In this document: in pieces, positions 38,301-46,532 of the stretch | Numbering within the stretch: the stretch's first letter is position 1 | Layout: each line of letters begins with the position of its first letter | IMG/VR virus record: IMGVR_UViG_2854418831_000003 | Coordinates: 1 to 64,000 of that record | Length of the DNA: 64,000 nucleotides | Source of the DNA: a virus | Lineage: Duplodnaviria > Caudoviricetes | Strand: one strand, 5' to 3' | Translations under genes and position numbers: made by a program | The notes under the pieces: generated by a model | Told to the model about the DNA's origin: nothing | Database searches by the model: none | Seen by the model: the letters and a program-made list of their open reading frames with translations, nothing else

Positions 38301-38846
38301 AATCATGGATCCCAGGTCGCTCACAAAAGCGCCAACTGTCGGAGCTGTCTGTGCTGCCATCCCTATGTTTTTAATCGCGCTGCCAATAGGGGACAAGGCT
38401 TTCACAATACTGCCCGCTCCGCCGATCAGGGACGTTGCTCCTTTAGCAATCAGTCCAGCACTCAGCCATGAAGTCAGACCGGCCTGTTCGCCGCCCGGCA
38501 TAATCTTTGCAGCTTCTCCAAACAGGCCGCTCAGTCCTTTTGATAACAGGTGTTTGCCCTTACTGCCGGCCCATTTTGTAAATGGCTCTGCGATCAGTGT
38601 GTCCCATGCAATATCAACCTTTCCAAACAGGTCTGCGTTTTGCCATTCCTGGGAGTTGGTCATACCGCTCACGGTTCTCTTGATTCCCTCGGCTTTACCG
38701 TCAACAAAGTCCATCAAATTTGTAAGCGCTGCTGTTGCTGCCGGTGTTGCGTCTGTAATCGCGTCCACAACTCCACGGATGTACGGTGTCAGCCTCTTGC
38801 CAAAACTGTTCTGTACGCCCTCAACAGCGGACTGCATAAGTGTCAT
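35292..38846 (-). CDS. Tape measure protein, C-terminal fragment (contains a LysM domain)
   Basis: Begins with the duplicated MTLMQSAVE; [24 protein letters not shown]; HANGG motifs. Confidence 0.85.
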   Translation of the reverse strand: MTLMQSAVEGVQNSFGKRLTPYIRGVVDAITDATPAATAALTNLMDFVDGKAEGIKRTVSGMTNSQEWQNADLFGKVDIAWDTLIAEPFTKWAGSKGKHLLSKGLSGLFGEAAKIMPGGEQAGLTSWLSAGLIAKGATSLIGGAGSIVKALSPIGSAIKNIGMAAQTAPTVGAFVSDLGSMIPMAGKVGIAAAAITAAVVAIGVAIDNYNEKQISNSLANHFGSIELSAKQAEEAASGILNAKYLVNVEMAINEFKNADELRKKAEEALQANQALTWKSSVGIELTADEQQSYKDNVTTFVESKISELESRTFAAHISVQTFLGGTEEGESLASSIEEWARADHLELTNLSNDLKTAVEEALQDGIIDVDEAQAVAALQDKMNSITSKWNQAEAQAQLDWINQEYGSLSGKDLTADSFTSVVEALADQRETAADETQALATEFYSYLNAAEASGRITKRQNEHYKDLASQAIRNQKANDLMTSLDFENNTLGGTYGDLIATNQGKTKKSMGNEVDYLKNYLNNQDMQSLYDHLNMFGADYAQQGGGWKFLQSGDQNALEKVWEAMKPDADSMRGLVDEYVKVGQDVPKQIMDKFNETMAIGAASGDTSAAWDVYAKSIADSGDKALIDAVSKMDANGQLGEEFSAAWKRATASVTDEPVELGDLKAEVDGVDIDKDAWVSSLNEKLGDLAETEDVTAEGATIKVKAGDCLWEIGNALGIDWQTIAEENGIESPYIIHAGDELKISMDNLTAEVDGDAAKTAIDQAMSALTAEGAEFSVTADGVKVDLANVEVDSETAMAQIEAALGMETGTLSGAGIQVQSGATVTIPSDLVQVDTSGIEAAVEQSTASGSEDTTVEKQVNVTTTAGSTDTTPVEEAAQAALSSETNTTDTTMTTNLTVEAGSTDATPAATSAQAELDNTFSNTMQTNGSTDVTIEKASDNIAAVYSQVGSELQAAFNSPYSARASVNVTVSYHITNPSASLSTHSSGSTVSVSIAGHANGGEVGLHGAELSWLGEEGKEYVIPTVPGRRGRGIALWQQAGEDLGVLDSNGEIAAHANGGIVGPGGEELASNTILPLQAQPQDESKSVWSVTGQEMSGDSSEEESEGKKAVSVNAAVQGQQGNNNFEINVDMSPVIKIEGGNMDEEKVFEVMKNRIREMADDLGDEIAERMSKIFANMPLIQEA

Positions 38847-38916
38847 GGAACAAAGCAGATTATTATGATCATTTCATGATTACACTCAACAGCGGACTGC
38901 ATAAGTGTCATGGAAC
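38820..38916. repeat. 32-bp direct repeat / 33-bp insert / 32-bp direct repeat
   Basis: CTCAACAGCGGACTGCATAAGTGTCATGGAAC at 38820-38851 and 38885-38916; insert 38852-38884 is the reverse complement of 2341-2373. Confidence 0.95.
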
Positions 38917-40612
38917 CCTCTAGGTTATCCAGCATAGTGTCTGACATGTCCTGCGCTGCTCCGTCCGCATTATAAATTGCGTCGCTCAGCTTGTTATAAT
39001 CTTCCTTAGAAGCATTGATAATAGCCAACATTCCAGCCATTGCTTCCTTGCCGAAAATGGTGCTGGCCGCTGCTGTCTGTTCAGTCTCAGAAAGTCCTCC
39101 CAGGCTGCCGCGCAAGTTATCCATGACACCTTTCAGTGTTTTCATGTTTCCGGAGCTGTCGGTCAAGCTGATTCCGTACTTCTCCATAGCTGTTGCCATG
39201 CTGTCAGTAGGTGCTGCCATATTCGCCAGGGAAGTCTTTAAGGCTGTACCGGCCATGCTTCCCTTGATGGAACTATTGGCCATAAGCCCCAGTGCCATGG
39301 ATGTATCTTCAACGCTGTACTTCATTGCTCCCGCCACTGGCGCAACGTATTTGAATGATTCTCCCAACATACCAACGTTTGTGTTTGCGCTGGCGCTGGC
39401 TTTTGCCAGTACATCCGCAAAATGTCCGGAATCGCTTGCCTTTAGGCCGAATGCCGTGAGCGCGTCGGTTACAATATCGGAAGTGGATCCCAGGCTCTCG
39501 CCGCTGGCTGCTGCCAGGTTCATAATACCGGAAATACCGGAGATCATCTGTTTCGGCTGCCAGCCCGCCATTGCCATGTAATTAAATGCCTCAGCTGCCT
39601 CTGTCGCTGTAAACTTGGTCGTTGCTCCCATTTCCTGGGCTTTTGCTGTCAGGTCCTCAAACGCCTGCCCTGTTGCTCCGGAAATAGCCCCGACCTGGCT
39701 CATCATGCTTTCAAAGTTTTTGTAAGTGTTTACCGTATCGCCCAGACCTACACTGATACCTAGTGCCGCGCCTGCCTGTGTCAGCGGGTTCTTTGCAGCG
39801 TTTATTATTGCCGTCAGAGGTGCTGTGGCTGCATCCACGACGCTCACTGTTGCCGTCCAGACGCTGCCGTCCCAGGCTGCTGCCTTATCCCGCACACTAT
39901 CAATAACCGGGCTTGCGTTGTCGTCTGCTCCCAGCTGCGCGGATCCGGAACTTCCGGAAAAATTCTCAACAGCGTCCTCTGCTGCTCTTACGATCGGGGT
40001 GGCGTTATCATCCGCCCCCAGCTCCGCTGTGGCGCTCATGCCGTCCAGCATTTCCGTGGCGTCCTCCGTCGCTCGTATTGCCTGGGTGGCGTTGTCGTCT
40101 GCTGTTAGCTCTACGGTTGCCACATCCCCATCCAGGGACGCCAGCGCGTCGCCCGCGTCCCTTATCTCCATGGTGGCGCTATCATCCGCGCTTAACCCCA
40201 CAACCGCCTCATTGCCATTCAAGGCGGTCAGTGAGTCGCCCACGTCGTCAATAATTCCGGTTGCGTTATTGTCTGCTCCCACTTCAACATCCGAGGAGGT
40301 GCCGTCCAGGGTTGCTGCCTGGTCCGCTACGTCGCTCAGGGTTCCTGTGGCTGCGTTGTTCACGTCTACGTCAACGCTTGGGCTTACGCCGTCCAGGGAT
40401 TCCGCCTGATCAGATACCCGGCTCAGTCCCTGGCTTGCGTTGTCGTCCAGCTCAATATCAATATTGTGCGCTCTTTCCAACCGATCAAGGCGGCGCTGTG
40501 TGCGGTCCCACGCACGTTCAAACGCCGTCAGGTTTCTTGTGGCCGACTGCACACCAGCACCGGTGCGGTCAACCGCTTCTATCGGAATTTCAATAGTTAA
40601 TGTTTCGGCCAC
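38843..40612 (-). CDS. Tape measure protein, N-terminal fragment
   Basis: PhageMin_Tail core (FESMMSQVGAISGAT..GATTKFTATEAAEA..MLDNLEGS) and about 29-aa ADDNA repeats; aberrant tail [13 protein letters not shown]. Confidence 0.9.
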   Translation of the reverse strand: MAETLTIEIPIEAVDRTGAGVQSATRNLTAFERAWDRTQRRLDRLERAHNIDIELDDNASQGLSRVSDQAESLDGVSPSVDVDVNNAATGTLSDVADQAATLDGTSSDVEVGADNNATGIIDDVGDSLTALNGNEAVVGLSADDSATMEIRDAGDALASLDGDVATVELTADDNATQAIRATEDATEMLDGMSATAELGADDNATPIVRAAEDAVENFSGSSGSAQLGADDNASPVIDSVRDKAAAWDGSVWTATVSVVDAATAPLTAIINAAKNPLTQAGAALGISVGLGDTVNTYKNFESMMSQVGAISGATGQAFEDLTAKAQEMGATTKFTATEAAEAFNYMAMAGWQPKQMISGISGIMNLAAASGESLGSTSDIVTDALTAFGLKASDSGHFADVLAKASASANTNVGMLGESFKYVAPVAGAMKYSVEDTSMALGLMANSSIKGSMAGTALKTSLANMAAPTDSMATAMEKYGISLTDSSGNMKTLKGVMDNLRGSLGGLSETEQTAAASTIFGKEAMAGMLAIINASKEDYNKLSDAIYNADGAAQDMSDTMLDNLEGSMTLMQSAVECNHEMIIIICFVP

Positions 40613-40614
40613 TT

Positions 40615-40800
40615 TTACTCACCGCCCTCCTCAGTGCCGTCTCTTGCTTTCTGCTCAGCTATCAGCTGTATTTTCATACTTTCCAGCATGAGCACCTGCG
40701 CCCAGTCTGGTTTGCTCAAAAACTCGTCAAATGGGATATGATGCCGTTGGAAAATAATGTGCATAAGCGTTGTTTTGCCGCCGGCTTCGATTAGTTTTTT
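40615..40800 (-). CDS. Tail assembly chaperone -1 frameshift extension
   Basis: Slippery A AAA AAC at 40800-40794 just before TAA; the -1 frame stays open to 40615 (KLIEAGGKTTLMHIIFQRHHIPFDEF...). Confidence 0.8.
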   Translation of the reverse strand, partial: KKLIEAGGKTTLMHIIFQRHHIPFDEFLSKPDWAQVLMLESMKIQLIAEQKARDGTEEGGE

Positions 40801-41306
40801 GCTACATCCTCCATAGTCGGCTGATATCCGGAAATCTCGTCAAGTTTGGCCAGGATCTCGTCTTTCTCGCCGGATTTCAGAACCACCTCAACCAGGTCAG
40901 TACCGTTCAGCACGTTCAGGTTCTTCCATGCGTCACGGTTATCCCAAATCTTGTCACGATCTTCCTCAACGGTTGCCTCATAGATCAGCTGTGCGCGGTA
41001 TCTGGCAGCGTCAACACTCTCTGCCACTCTTGTACCCAGCTGCTTGTTGCGCTTGTAGTTTGTGTTATCTTTCTTGCACTTCAAATATTCATCTTCACCC
41101 ATAGGGCGGATGCGGAAAGACAGCACAACAGCGCCGTTTCTCTTAATTTCAATCGGTACTGCTTCCTCTGCGTCTGTCTTGTATGCGGCGGCTGCCATAA
41201 GTCCGCCCAGGATGTCATTTTCGTACTTTCTCACTGTTGCTTTCTTCTCGTCCTCAGTCATTTCAACAGCTGCCTCATTTTCTAAATTCACATTTTTAGT
41301 TGCCAT
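40791..41306 (-). CDS. Tail assembly chaperone (XkdN-like)
   Basis: Between tube and tape measure genes; ends at the slippery site. Confidence 0.8.
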   Translation of the reverse strand: MATKNVNLENEAAVEMTEDEKKATVRKYENDILGGLMAAAAYKTDAEEAVPIEIKRNGAVVLSFRIRPMGEDEYLKCKKDNTNYKRNKQLGTRVAESVDAARYRAQLIYEATVEEDRDKIWDNRDAWKNLNVLNGTDLVEVVLKSGEKDEILAKLDEISGYQPTMEDVAKN

Positions 41307-41334
41307 GTTCTCAAATCCTCCTGGTTTATTTTAA

Positions 41335-41362
41335 AAATGCCGCGAGGCTATTCCCCGCGGCT
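41335..41362 (-). terminator. Hairpin/terminator after the tail tube gene
   Basis: GCCGCGGGG-AATAG-CCTCGCGGC followed by ATTTT. Confidence 0.45.
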
Positions 41363-41384
41363 CTGTTTGTGCATTTATATGGTT

Positions 41385-41846
41385 TTAGGCTCTCAGCTTG
41401 CCCTGCTGGTTTACTGCGCCGTTTACGAACAGGCTCCACTGTCTCTTAATCAGGTCGCCCACTGTTACGTTCTGCAGGTCAATGTTTCCGGACGGTACAC
41501 AATCGTTGTATACCAGTCTTTCCTCAGAACCGTTGCGGCCCTTAATAACACCCTGGAAGTTCCAGGACGGCATTTCTCCGGACTTCATTCCGGCCAACAG
41601 ATCAGTAATAAACTCGCCATCCTCTACCACGATTTCGGTAAAAGTAAGCGTCTGGCCATAGCTGGTAAAAATCTCATGTTCCTGCGGGTCGCCCAGCGGC
41701 TGGAACTTGGTATTTGTTACATTTACCTGTGCCTGGTATGTTTCCATAGTGGCCAGCAGTTTGCCCTTGGCATTGTACAGTGCGCCGTTTTTTCCGGTCA
41801 GCACTTTCTTGGCGTTAGCAACCGCCTGTGTGTTAATAATACTCAT
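41385..41846 (-). CDS. Tail tube protein (XkdM-like)
   Basis: Directly after the sheath gene; LTGKNGALY..WNFQGVI..DLQNV. Confidence 0.8.
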   Translation of the reverse strand: MSIINTQAVANAKKVLTGKNGALYNAKGKLLATMETYQAQVNVTNTKFQPLGDPQEHEIFTSYGQTLTFTEIVVEDGEFITDLLAGMKSGEMPSWNFQGVIKGRNGSEERLVYNDCVPSGNIDLQNVTVGDLIKRQWSLFVNGAVNQQGKLRA

Positions 41847-41865
41847 TGTCCTTTATCTCCTTTCT

Positions 41866-43287
41866 TTACTCAGAATCTTCCTCAGCTGCAAAACGGAAGC
41901 GGAATGTCAGGTAAATAGTTTCAATGCTGTCAAGGTCGTCAACAGCAATAATGAACCATGCAGAGTCTCCCTGCGCCGGATTTCCCTCGTCCTCAATTAC
42001 AGTACCGGACAGAAGCTTCTTTTCTCCTACCATTGCGTCAACAACTCGCTGGGCGGCTGCGATAACAGCTGCGCGGCCGTCAGTGTCGTTGTCCACCTGG
42101 CCGATCAGGACCTCAGTAGTCTGTTCAACACGGTCCATAAGCTCAAAACGCTCTTTCACGCGGCGGATTTTCTTCCAACCTGCATCCTGGTCTTTACTCA
42201 GGGTTACAAGAGTGTTGATCGCCTTTTCAATCCATACCTGCTTGCTCTTGCTGGTGGACAGCACAAGGCAACCGGATTTCAGGGCTTTCTTAATGGTTCC
42301 GCTGTTCAGGGTCTCTTTCAGGCCTGCTGCTCCGCTGATCACGGTATGAGTCAGGGAAGCATTTGCAGCACCGGCGCAAATCAGACCGCCGATTCTTGCC
42401 GCCAGCATATAACCCTCATACTCAACGCCGTCTGTGCCAATGTACGGATTCAGTACATAGTGGATTTTTTCGTCATTGAATGCTGCTGCGTGCTGCATAC
42501 GGGTTTCAATCTCCACGGAGCTAGGCTCTGCCACGGTCGCCATGGTATATGCTCCCTCCTGGAACACTCTGGCAACGTGAGTTGCAATCAGTGTGTGGAC
42601 TGCTGCGTCGTTGGTGTCAACGATGATCATGTCTCTCACTTCTGCCTCACTTGCGTTTGCAGCTTCTCCGTATGCTGCGGTGTTTACTGTCGGGTTTGTA
42701 CCAGCAGTAAAGGCTTTCTGTGTAACATCTGCCAGAGTGCCGTTTCCTGGAGCTTTCTTTGTAGCTTTCACGTACTTGCTGTTTGCAAATGCGGCCACAA
42801 TTCCGTCAACCTCTGTTTTTCCGGCTGCAAAGGTTACTTTTTCAAGGGCTTTTGTTCCCTCATAGATGGTTGCCTCTTTTGCTGTTTCATCATCCAGGGA
42901 AGCCTTTACAGTAATGGTAAATGCTCTGTTTCCAGGATAAAGTGCTGTAAGCACAACAGCATCAACAGCAGCGCTGGCTGTGGTATCTTTCAGGGTAATT
43001 GTTGCCGGTGTTCCGCCTGTTCCAACACGTACCACAACGCACTCCTCCATGCCTCCGGCCATAAATGCTGTGATAGCATCATGTCCGGAACCTGCGCCGA
43101 TAACGCTGGTAATATCAGTGCTCTGGTCAATCGTAACCGGTGTGTTTAATGCTCCCCAGTTACCTGTTACAAGTGCGCAACCGACGCCGGATCTGGCTCC
43201 GGCTGCTTCTACTCCGCCCGCGTTCTCATAGCGTTTGTATACGCCAGGGCGTTCTTTCTTTTCTCCTACAACAAAAAATCCGCTCAT
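41866..43287 (-). CDS. Contractile tail sheath protein
   Basis: KKERPGVY N-terminus, LYPGNRA, IEKAINTL..WKKIRRVK. Confidence 0.9.
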   Translation of the reverse strand: MSGFFVVGEKKERPGVYKRYENAGGVEAAGARSGVGCALVTGNWGALNTPVTIDQSTDITSVIGAGSGHDAITAFMAGGMEECVVVRVGTGGTPATITLKDTTASAAVDAVVLTALYPGNRAFTITVKASLDDETAKEATIYEGTKALEKVTFAAGKTEVDGIVAAFANSKYVKATKKAPGNGTLADVTQKAFTAGTNPTVNTAAYGEAANASEAEVRDMIIVDTNDAAVHTLIATHVARVFQEGAYTMATVAEPSSVEIETRMQHAAAFNDEKIHYVLNPYIGTDGVEYEGYMLAARIGGLICAGAANASLTHTVISGAAGLKETLNSGTIKKALKSGCLVLSTSKSKQVWIEKAINTLVTLSKDQDAGWKKIRRVKERFELMDRVEQTTEVLIGQVDNDTDGRAAVIAAAQRVVDAMVGEKKLLSGTVIEDEGNPAQGDSAWFIIAVDDLDSIETIYLTFRFRFAAEEDSE

Positions 43288-43574
43288 TAGTTTTTAACCT
43301 CCTTATTGGCAAATTTCTTTACAAGCTCCTCAGCTTCCGCTTTGGTCGCTTCTTTCTTTCCGGCTACTGTAAAAGCAGCGCGCACAATGTCCGGGCTGTA
43401 TTTGCCATCAAACACTTTTGCAGCTGCTCTGGCGTATTCCTCGGCAGTGTAGACCGGTGCTGTGAGCTTCTCAGCCGCCTCATTTTCGGCTTTTACGGCC
43501 TCAGCCCTGGAATTGTCCGCCTGCACCTGTTCAGCCGTTTCTGTGGCTTCTGTGGGCTTCTTGGTTGTTGCCAT
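43287..43574 (-). CDS. Hypothetical virion protein
   Basis: Coupled to the sheath start. Confidence 0.6.
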   Translation of the reverse strand: MATTKKPTEATETAEQVQADNSRAEAVKAENEAAEKLTAPVYTAEEYARAAAKVFDGKYSPDIVRAAFTVAGKKEATKAEAEELVKKFANKEVKN

Positions 43575-43587
43575 TTCTTCGTCCTCC

Positions 43588-44457
43588 TTATTTGTTGAAA
43601 TAGGTTTCTTTCAGTGGGTGGGAATACTCACTGAAATTCTCAGTTGCATACTGCCCTTTGATGGTTATCTGCCCCCTGCTCAGGTAGTCGGCGGCATTAT
43701 CAACCGCCAATTCATCAAAAAGCAGCGGTGCACCGTCCAGGAGGATAATTTCTCCCAGTCTGGCCAGGGTGTCGTATAGATACCGTGTCCAGCTGTTCCT
43801 TGCCTCCGGCGTTGGTGCGATCACATGTATGGCCATGCTGCACTCCATCCACGTGAGTGCGCATGTCTGGCGTTTCTTTTTCGTCCCGGAAATGCGCACA
43901 TAAATAGCCGGGTGGAAGTCACTCGGCTCATAAAAACTTTCAATATGATCTTTGTTGATCACAAGGGCGTCTGTTTCCCAGCGTTTCAAAAATTCCTGCA
44001 TTGCAAGTGCCGGATCCGGTGCCTGTGTGATCTGCTGTGGGAATGCAATCAGCAAAAATGTAAGCGAACACCCGTTTACTAGGGTGTTAGGGTTCTGGCT
44101 GTCATTCATTTCAAACAGCTCCGTTCTGGCCCAGGTAATACAATAGGCTCCATCATCCGCCTGCATTACCACGTCGCAAAGTGCTATGCGCACCAGCGGC
44201 GCCAACTCCTCCGGTGGCTTGCCTGTGTCGTCGCTGTATACGTTCACGCTTACCATGCCGCTGCTGTGCCGTTCCGGGTCTGCTGTCATGTCTACCAGAT
44301 AATCAGCGCGGGGGTACTGGCTCACTCCCCACCCCTGGGCTTTGTCGTCCGGTGCTTTCTGTAAAAACACCGCCGGAACGCCCTCATACTTTGCCAGGCT
44401 CTCTGCCAGTTCTTTCTCCTGAACAAGCCTGGTATAGATCAGTTCTTCCAGAGTCAT
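43588..44457 (-). CDS. Tail terminator/neck-like protein
   Basis: Position upstream of the sheath; two-lobed repeat architecture. Confidence 0.55.
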   Translation of the reverse strand: MTLEELIYTRLVQEKELAESLAKYEGVPAVFLQKAPDDKAQGWGVSQYPRADYLVDMTADPERHSSGMVSVNVYSDDTGKPPEELAPLVRIALCDVVMQADDGAYCITWARTELFEMNDSQNPNTLVNGCSLTFLLIAFPQQITQAPDPALAMQEFLKRWETDALVINKDHIESFYEPSDFHPAIYVRISGTKKKRQTCALTWMECSMAIHVIAPTPEARNSWTRYLYDTLARLGEIILLDGAPLLFDELAVDNAADYLSRGQITIKGQYATENFSEYSHPLKETYFNK

Positions 44458-44753
44458 GCTGTCACGCCGTCGCTTTCATTTGCTGCGGGTACAATGTCCT
44501 GTACGGCCTGCATGTCCTCCGTCCAGGTTCCCTGCCATTCCCCGCCAGCCACTTCACTTGCCAGCATTACAAAGTGGTTTGAAACATTCCCTATGCCAGT
44601 GTGGTAAAGCACAACGAGCTCATTGCTGGTTATCCCAACAACAAGCCCGTTTCTGTACTCGTCCCATGTTTTATGCTTTGCCCTTATCAGGTCGCCTTTG
44701 TGCACCTGCTCACTGTCAAAAACAGGTGCCGCTCTGTCTTTTATCAATGCCAT
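44454..44753 (-). CDS. Hypothetical protein
   Basis: Coupled ORF in the neck module. Confidence 0.55.
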   Translation of the reverse strand: MALIKDRAAPVFDSEQVHKGDLIRAKHKTWDEYRNGLVVGITSNELVVLYHTGIGNVSNHFVMLASEVAGGEWQGTWTEDMQAVQDIVPAANESDGVTA

Positions 44754-44765
44754 GCTGGCACCTCC

Positions 44766-45185
44766 TTACACGTTGTACGGTGCTCCGAAAATGCTTTTGA
44801 TTTCGGGTTCCGCTTTCTGCTTAATCTTTTCCACGTATGGCCTTGCCGCCATTTTGCTTGTGCCATGTTCCAGGTACCCTGCATAATGAGTGTCTGTCTC
44901 AATGGCCACTTTTACGGATAAAGCCCCGCCGGAGGATCCTGCCACCGGTCTGAAGCTGCTCCGCAATTTTCCACTGCGCACTGCTGGCGGTTCGCCCGGT
45001 GCAGACGCCGTGTAACTGCTCTTTTTAAATGATTTCTTGTAGCTCCTGCCGCCTCGTTGCCCTCTCAGCACTTGCAGCTCCGCATTTTTCAGCGCCCTGC
45101 TGCCTCTTGTGGCTCTGGATTTCATTTCCTGGCCGATAGCGGTCACTTTCTTTGCTACTTCAACGCTTATATCAGGCACGCTCAT
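44766..45185 (-). CDS. HK97 gp10-like neck protein
   Basis: SAPGEPPAVRSGKLRSS..YAGYLEHGTSKMAARPY. Confidence 0.8.
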   Translation of the reverse strand: MSVPDISVEVAKKVTAIGQEMKSRATRGSRALKNAELQVLRGQRGGRSYKKSFKKSSYTASAPGEPPAVRSGKLRSSFRPVAGSSGGALSVKVAIETDTHYAGYLEHGTSKMAARPYVEKIKQKAEPEIKSIFGAPYNV

Positions 45186-45643
45186 ACGTCTGCCCTCTCT
45201 TCCACGTAATAGATGGTATACAGTCCCAGCTGCCCCGGTTCGTCAACGCCCTGCACATAAAACTTGCGGTTTCCGCATGTGAGCTGGTCAGTCTCTGCTG
45301 CTTTCGGGTGCCCCCGGTCAACAATCGTGTGAGTGATCGGGTGCTGTATCTGCTCCCACCTGGCTTTTTCCTGCGGTGTTGCCTGGGCCAGGACGGCATG
45401 TATCACGACGCTGTGATCGCTGTCATATTTTTTTACAGGGCGGCCTTTCCCATCTACGCCGCTGGTGCATTTTGCTACAAAAAAATCTTTGTACAAATTA
45501 CCTGGTCTTAAATAAAAGATCGCGCTCGCCCCCTCCGTCTTTTGCGTACACATTATCGTGCATACCACCATAAAAATAATGGCCTCCGTCTGCGCCCGAT
45601 TCCGGAGAAGCTTTTCCGGCCGTTGGTACCGTGTCGGCTCCAC
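45182..45643 (-). CDS. Head closure/adaptor protein (true start uncertain, near 45520)
   Basis: FYLRPGNLYKDF..HPITHTIV..GNRKFYVQGVDEPG. Confidence 0.6.
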   Translation of the reverse strand: MEPTRYQRPEKLLRNRAQTEAIIFMVVCTIMCTQKTEGASAIFYLRPGNLYKDFFVAKCTSGVDGKGRPVKKYDSDHSVVIHAVLAQATPQEKARWEQIQHPITHTIVDRGHPKAAETDQLTCGNRKFYVQGVDEPGQLGLYTIYYVEERADV

Positions 45644-45944
45644 ACTCTTTTTTCAGCTGCTCGTACTGCTTCCGCCAAAACTCTGCGCGTGCCTGCATTT
45701 CCAACTTTAACGGCCCCACTGTCGTGTTTACTTCCATGCCAAACCGTCGCATAATGCTTTCCAGTGCTGCCAGTTTGGCACGCTTCCACGTTTTCTTTGC
45801 CGCAATGATGGCCGTGTATTCTTCATTGCTCAGCGCGCTGGTTTCCTCTGCTCCCTCGACCATGGTGTCGCCCAGTTCGAAGCGCATACGGTCAACGCCC
45901 TGCTCTCCTATCTTCTCCGGATTGTAGGTATACGTTTTTTTCAT
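45498..45944 (-). CDS. Head-tail connector protein
   Basis: YTYNP..DRMRFELGDT..LSNEEY. Confidence 0.7.
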   Translation of the reverse strand: MKKTYTYNPEKIGEQGVDRMRFELGDTMVEGAEETSALSNEEYTAIIAAKKTWKRAKLAALESIMRRFGMEVNTTVGPLKLEMQARAEFWRKQYEQLKKECGADTVPTAGKASPESGADGGHYFYGGMHDNVYAKDGGGERDLLFKTR

Positions 45945-45955
45945 GCGGCATTACC

Positions 45956-46513
45956 TTACCCCTCTGCCGGTGTTTCGGCCGCTTCCTGGTGTTCTGCTGG
46001 CTCCGGCGTTTCTGATACTTCCTGGCTTTCTGCTGGCAAGTTCTCTGTTTTTGCCTGGTCATTCGTCAAGATTGCCTTATCATCCAGCAAAAGCTCCTCT
46101 GCCTGGCTTTTTGCAGCTCTCTTTACTGTGACACGAGAATCTGTTGCATGAAGTACAACTAAAATATTCTCACTTTTCACATCTTTAATGGCTTTTGCAG
46201 CCTCGTCTGCGTTCATCTGCATAATGGCAAAAACCTGCTGCATATCTCCCTCAGTCAGCGGCACGCTCATAACCTGGGCTGTGTCTCCGTCGATCTCCTG
46301 TATTACCGGAACGGAAAAAGTAACTTCCTCCCCTGTTTCCACCTGCACAAGCTCAGCAACGGGAAGCTCTGCGGCTCCCGTTACCTCAGCAATGCAGCCA
46401 GTGCGTAACAATGCACGCTCTCTGGTAGGGAGGATGTGTCCGTCCCGGATCATGTCGCCAGGCATGTAAGCGGTTCCGAGTAATGTAATCGGTTTTACGC
46501 ACACATAACTCAT
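45956..46513 (-). CDS. Hypothetical head-module protein
   Basis: Directly after the capsid gene. Confidence 0.55.
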   Translation of the reverse strand: MSYVCVKPITLLGTAYMPGDMIRDGHILPTRERALLRTGCIAEVTGAAELPVAELVQVETGEEVTFSVPVIQEIDGDTAQVMSVPLTEGDMQQVFAIMQMNADEAAKAIKDVKSENILVVLHATDSRVTVKRAAKSQAEELLLDDKAILTNDQAKTENLPAESQEVSETPEPAEHQEAAETPAEG

Positions 46514-46532
46514 AGCATCCTCCTTTCAGGCA

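Larger units (their letters stand above)
35292..40612 (-). pseudogene. Tape measure gene split by a 65-bp insertion (1751 aa if removed)
   Basis: 5321 - 65 = 5256 nt = 1752 codons; removal restores [21 protein letters not shown]. Confidence 0.85.

Noticed and set aside
38820-38916. A bona fide CRISPR array
   Set aside because: Only two repeat copies, the repeat is in-frame tape measure coding sequence with no clear palindrome, and there is no leader or cas gene nearby. Reported instead as a possible integration scar.
39840-40480. About 29-aa ADDNA repeats in the tape measure N-terminus
   Set aside because: Degenerate protein repeats of this kind are normal for tape measure proteins.
41707-43149. 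480-aa plus-strand ORF, and the similar 524-aa ORF at 48389-49963
   Set aside because: Shadow ORFs antisense to the sheath and scaffold genes, with atypical composition; expected in GC-richer coding DNA.
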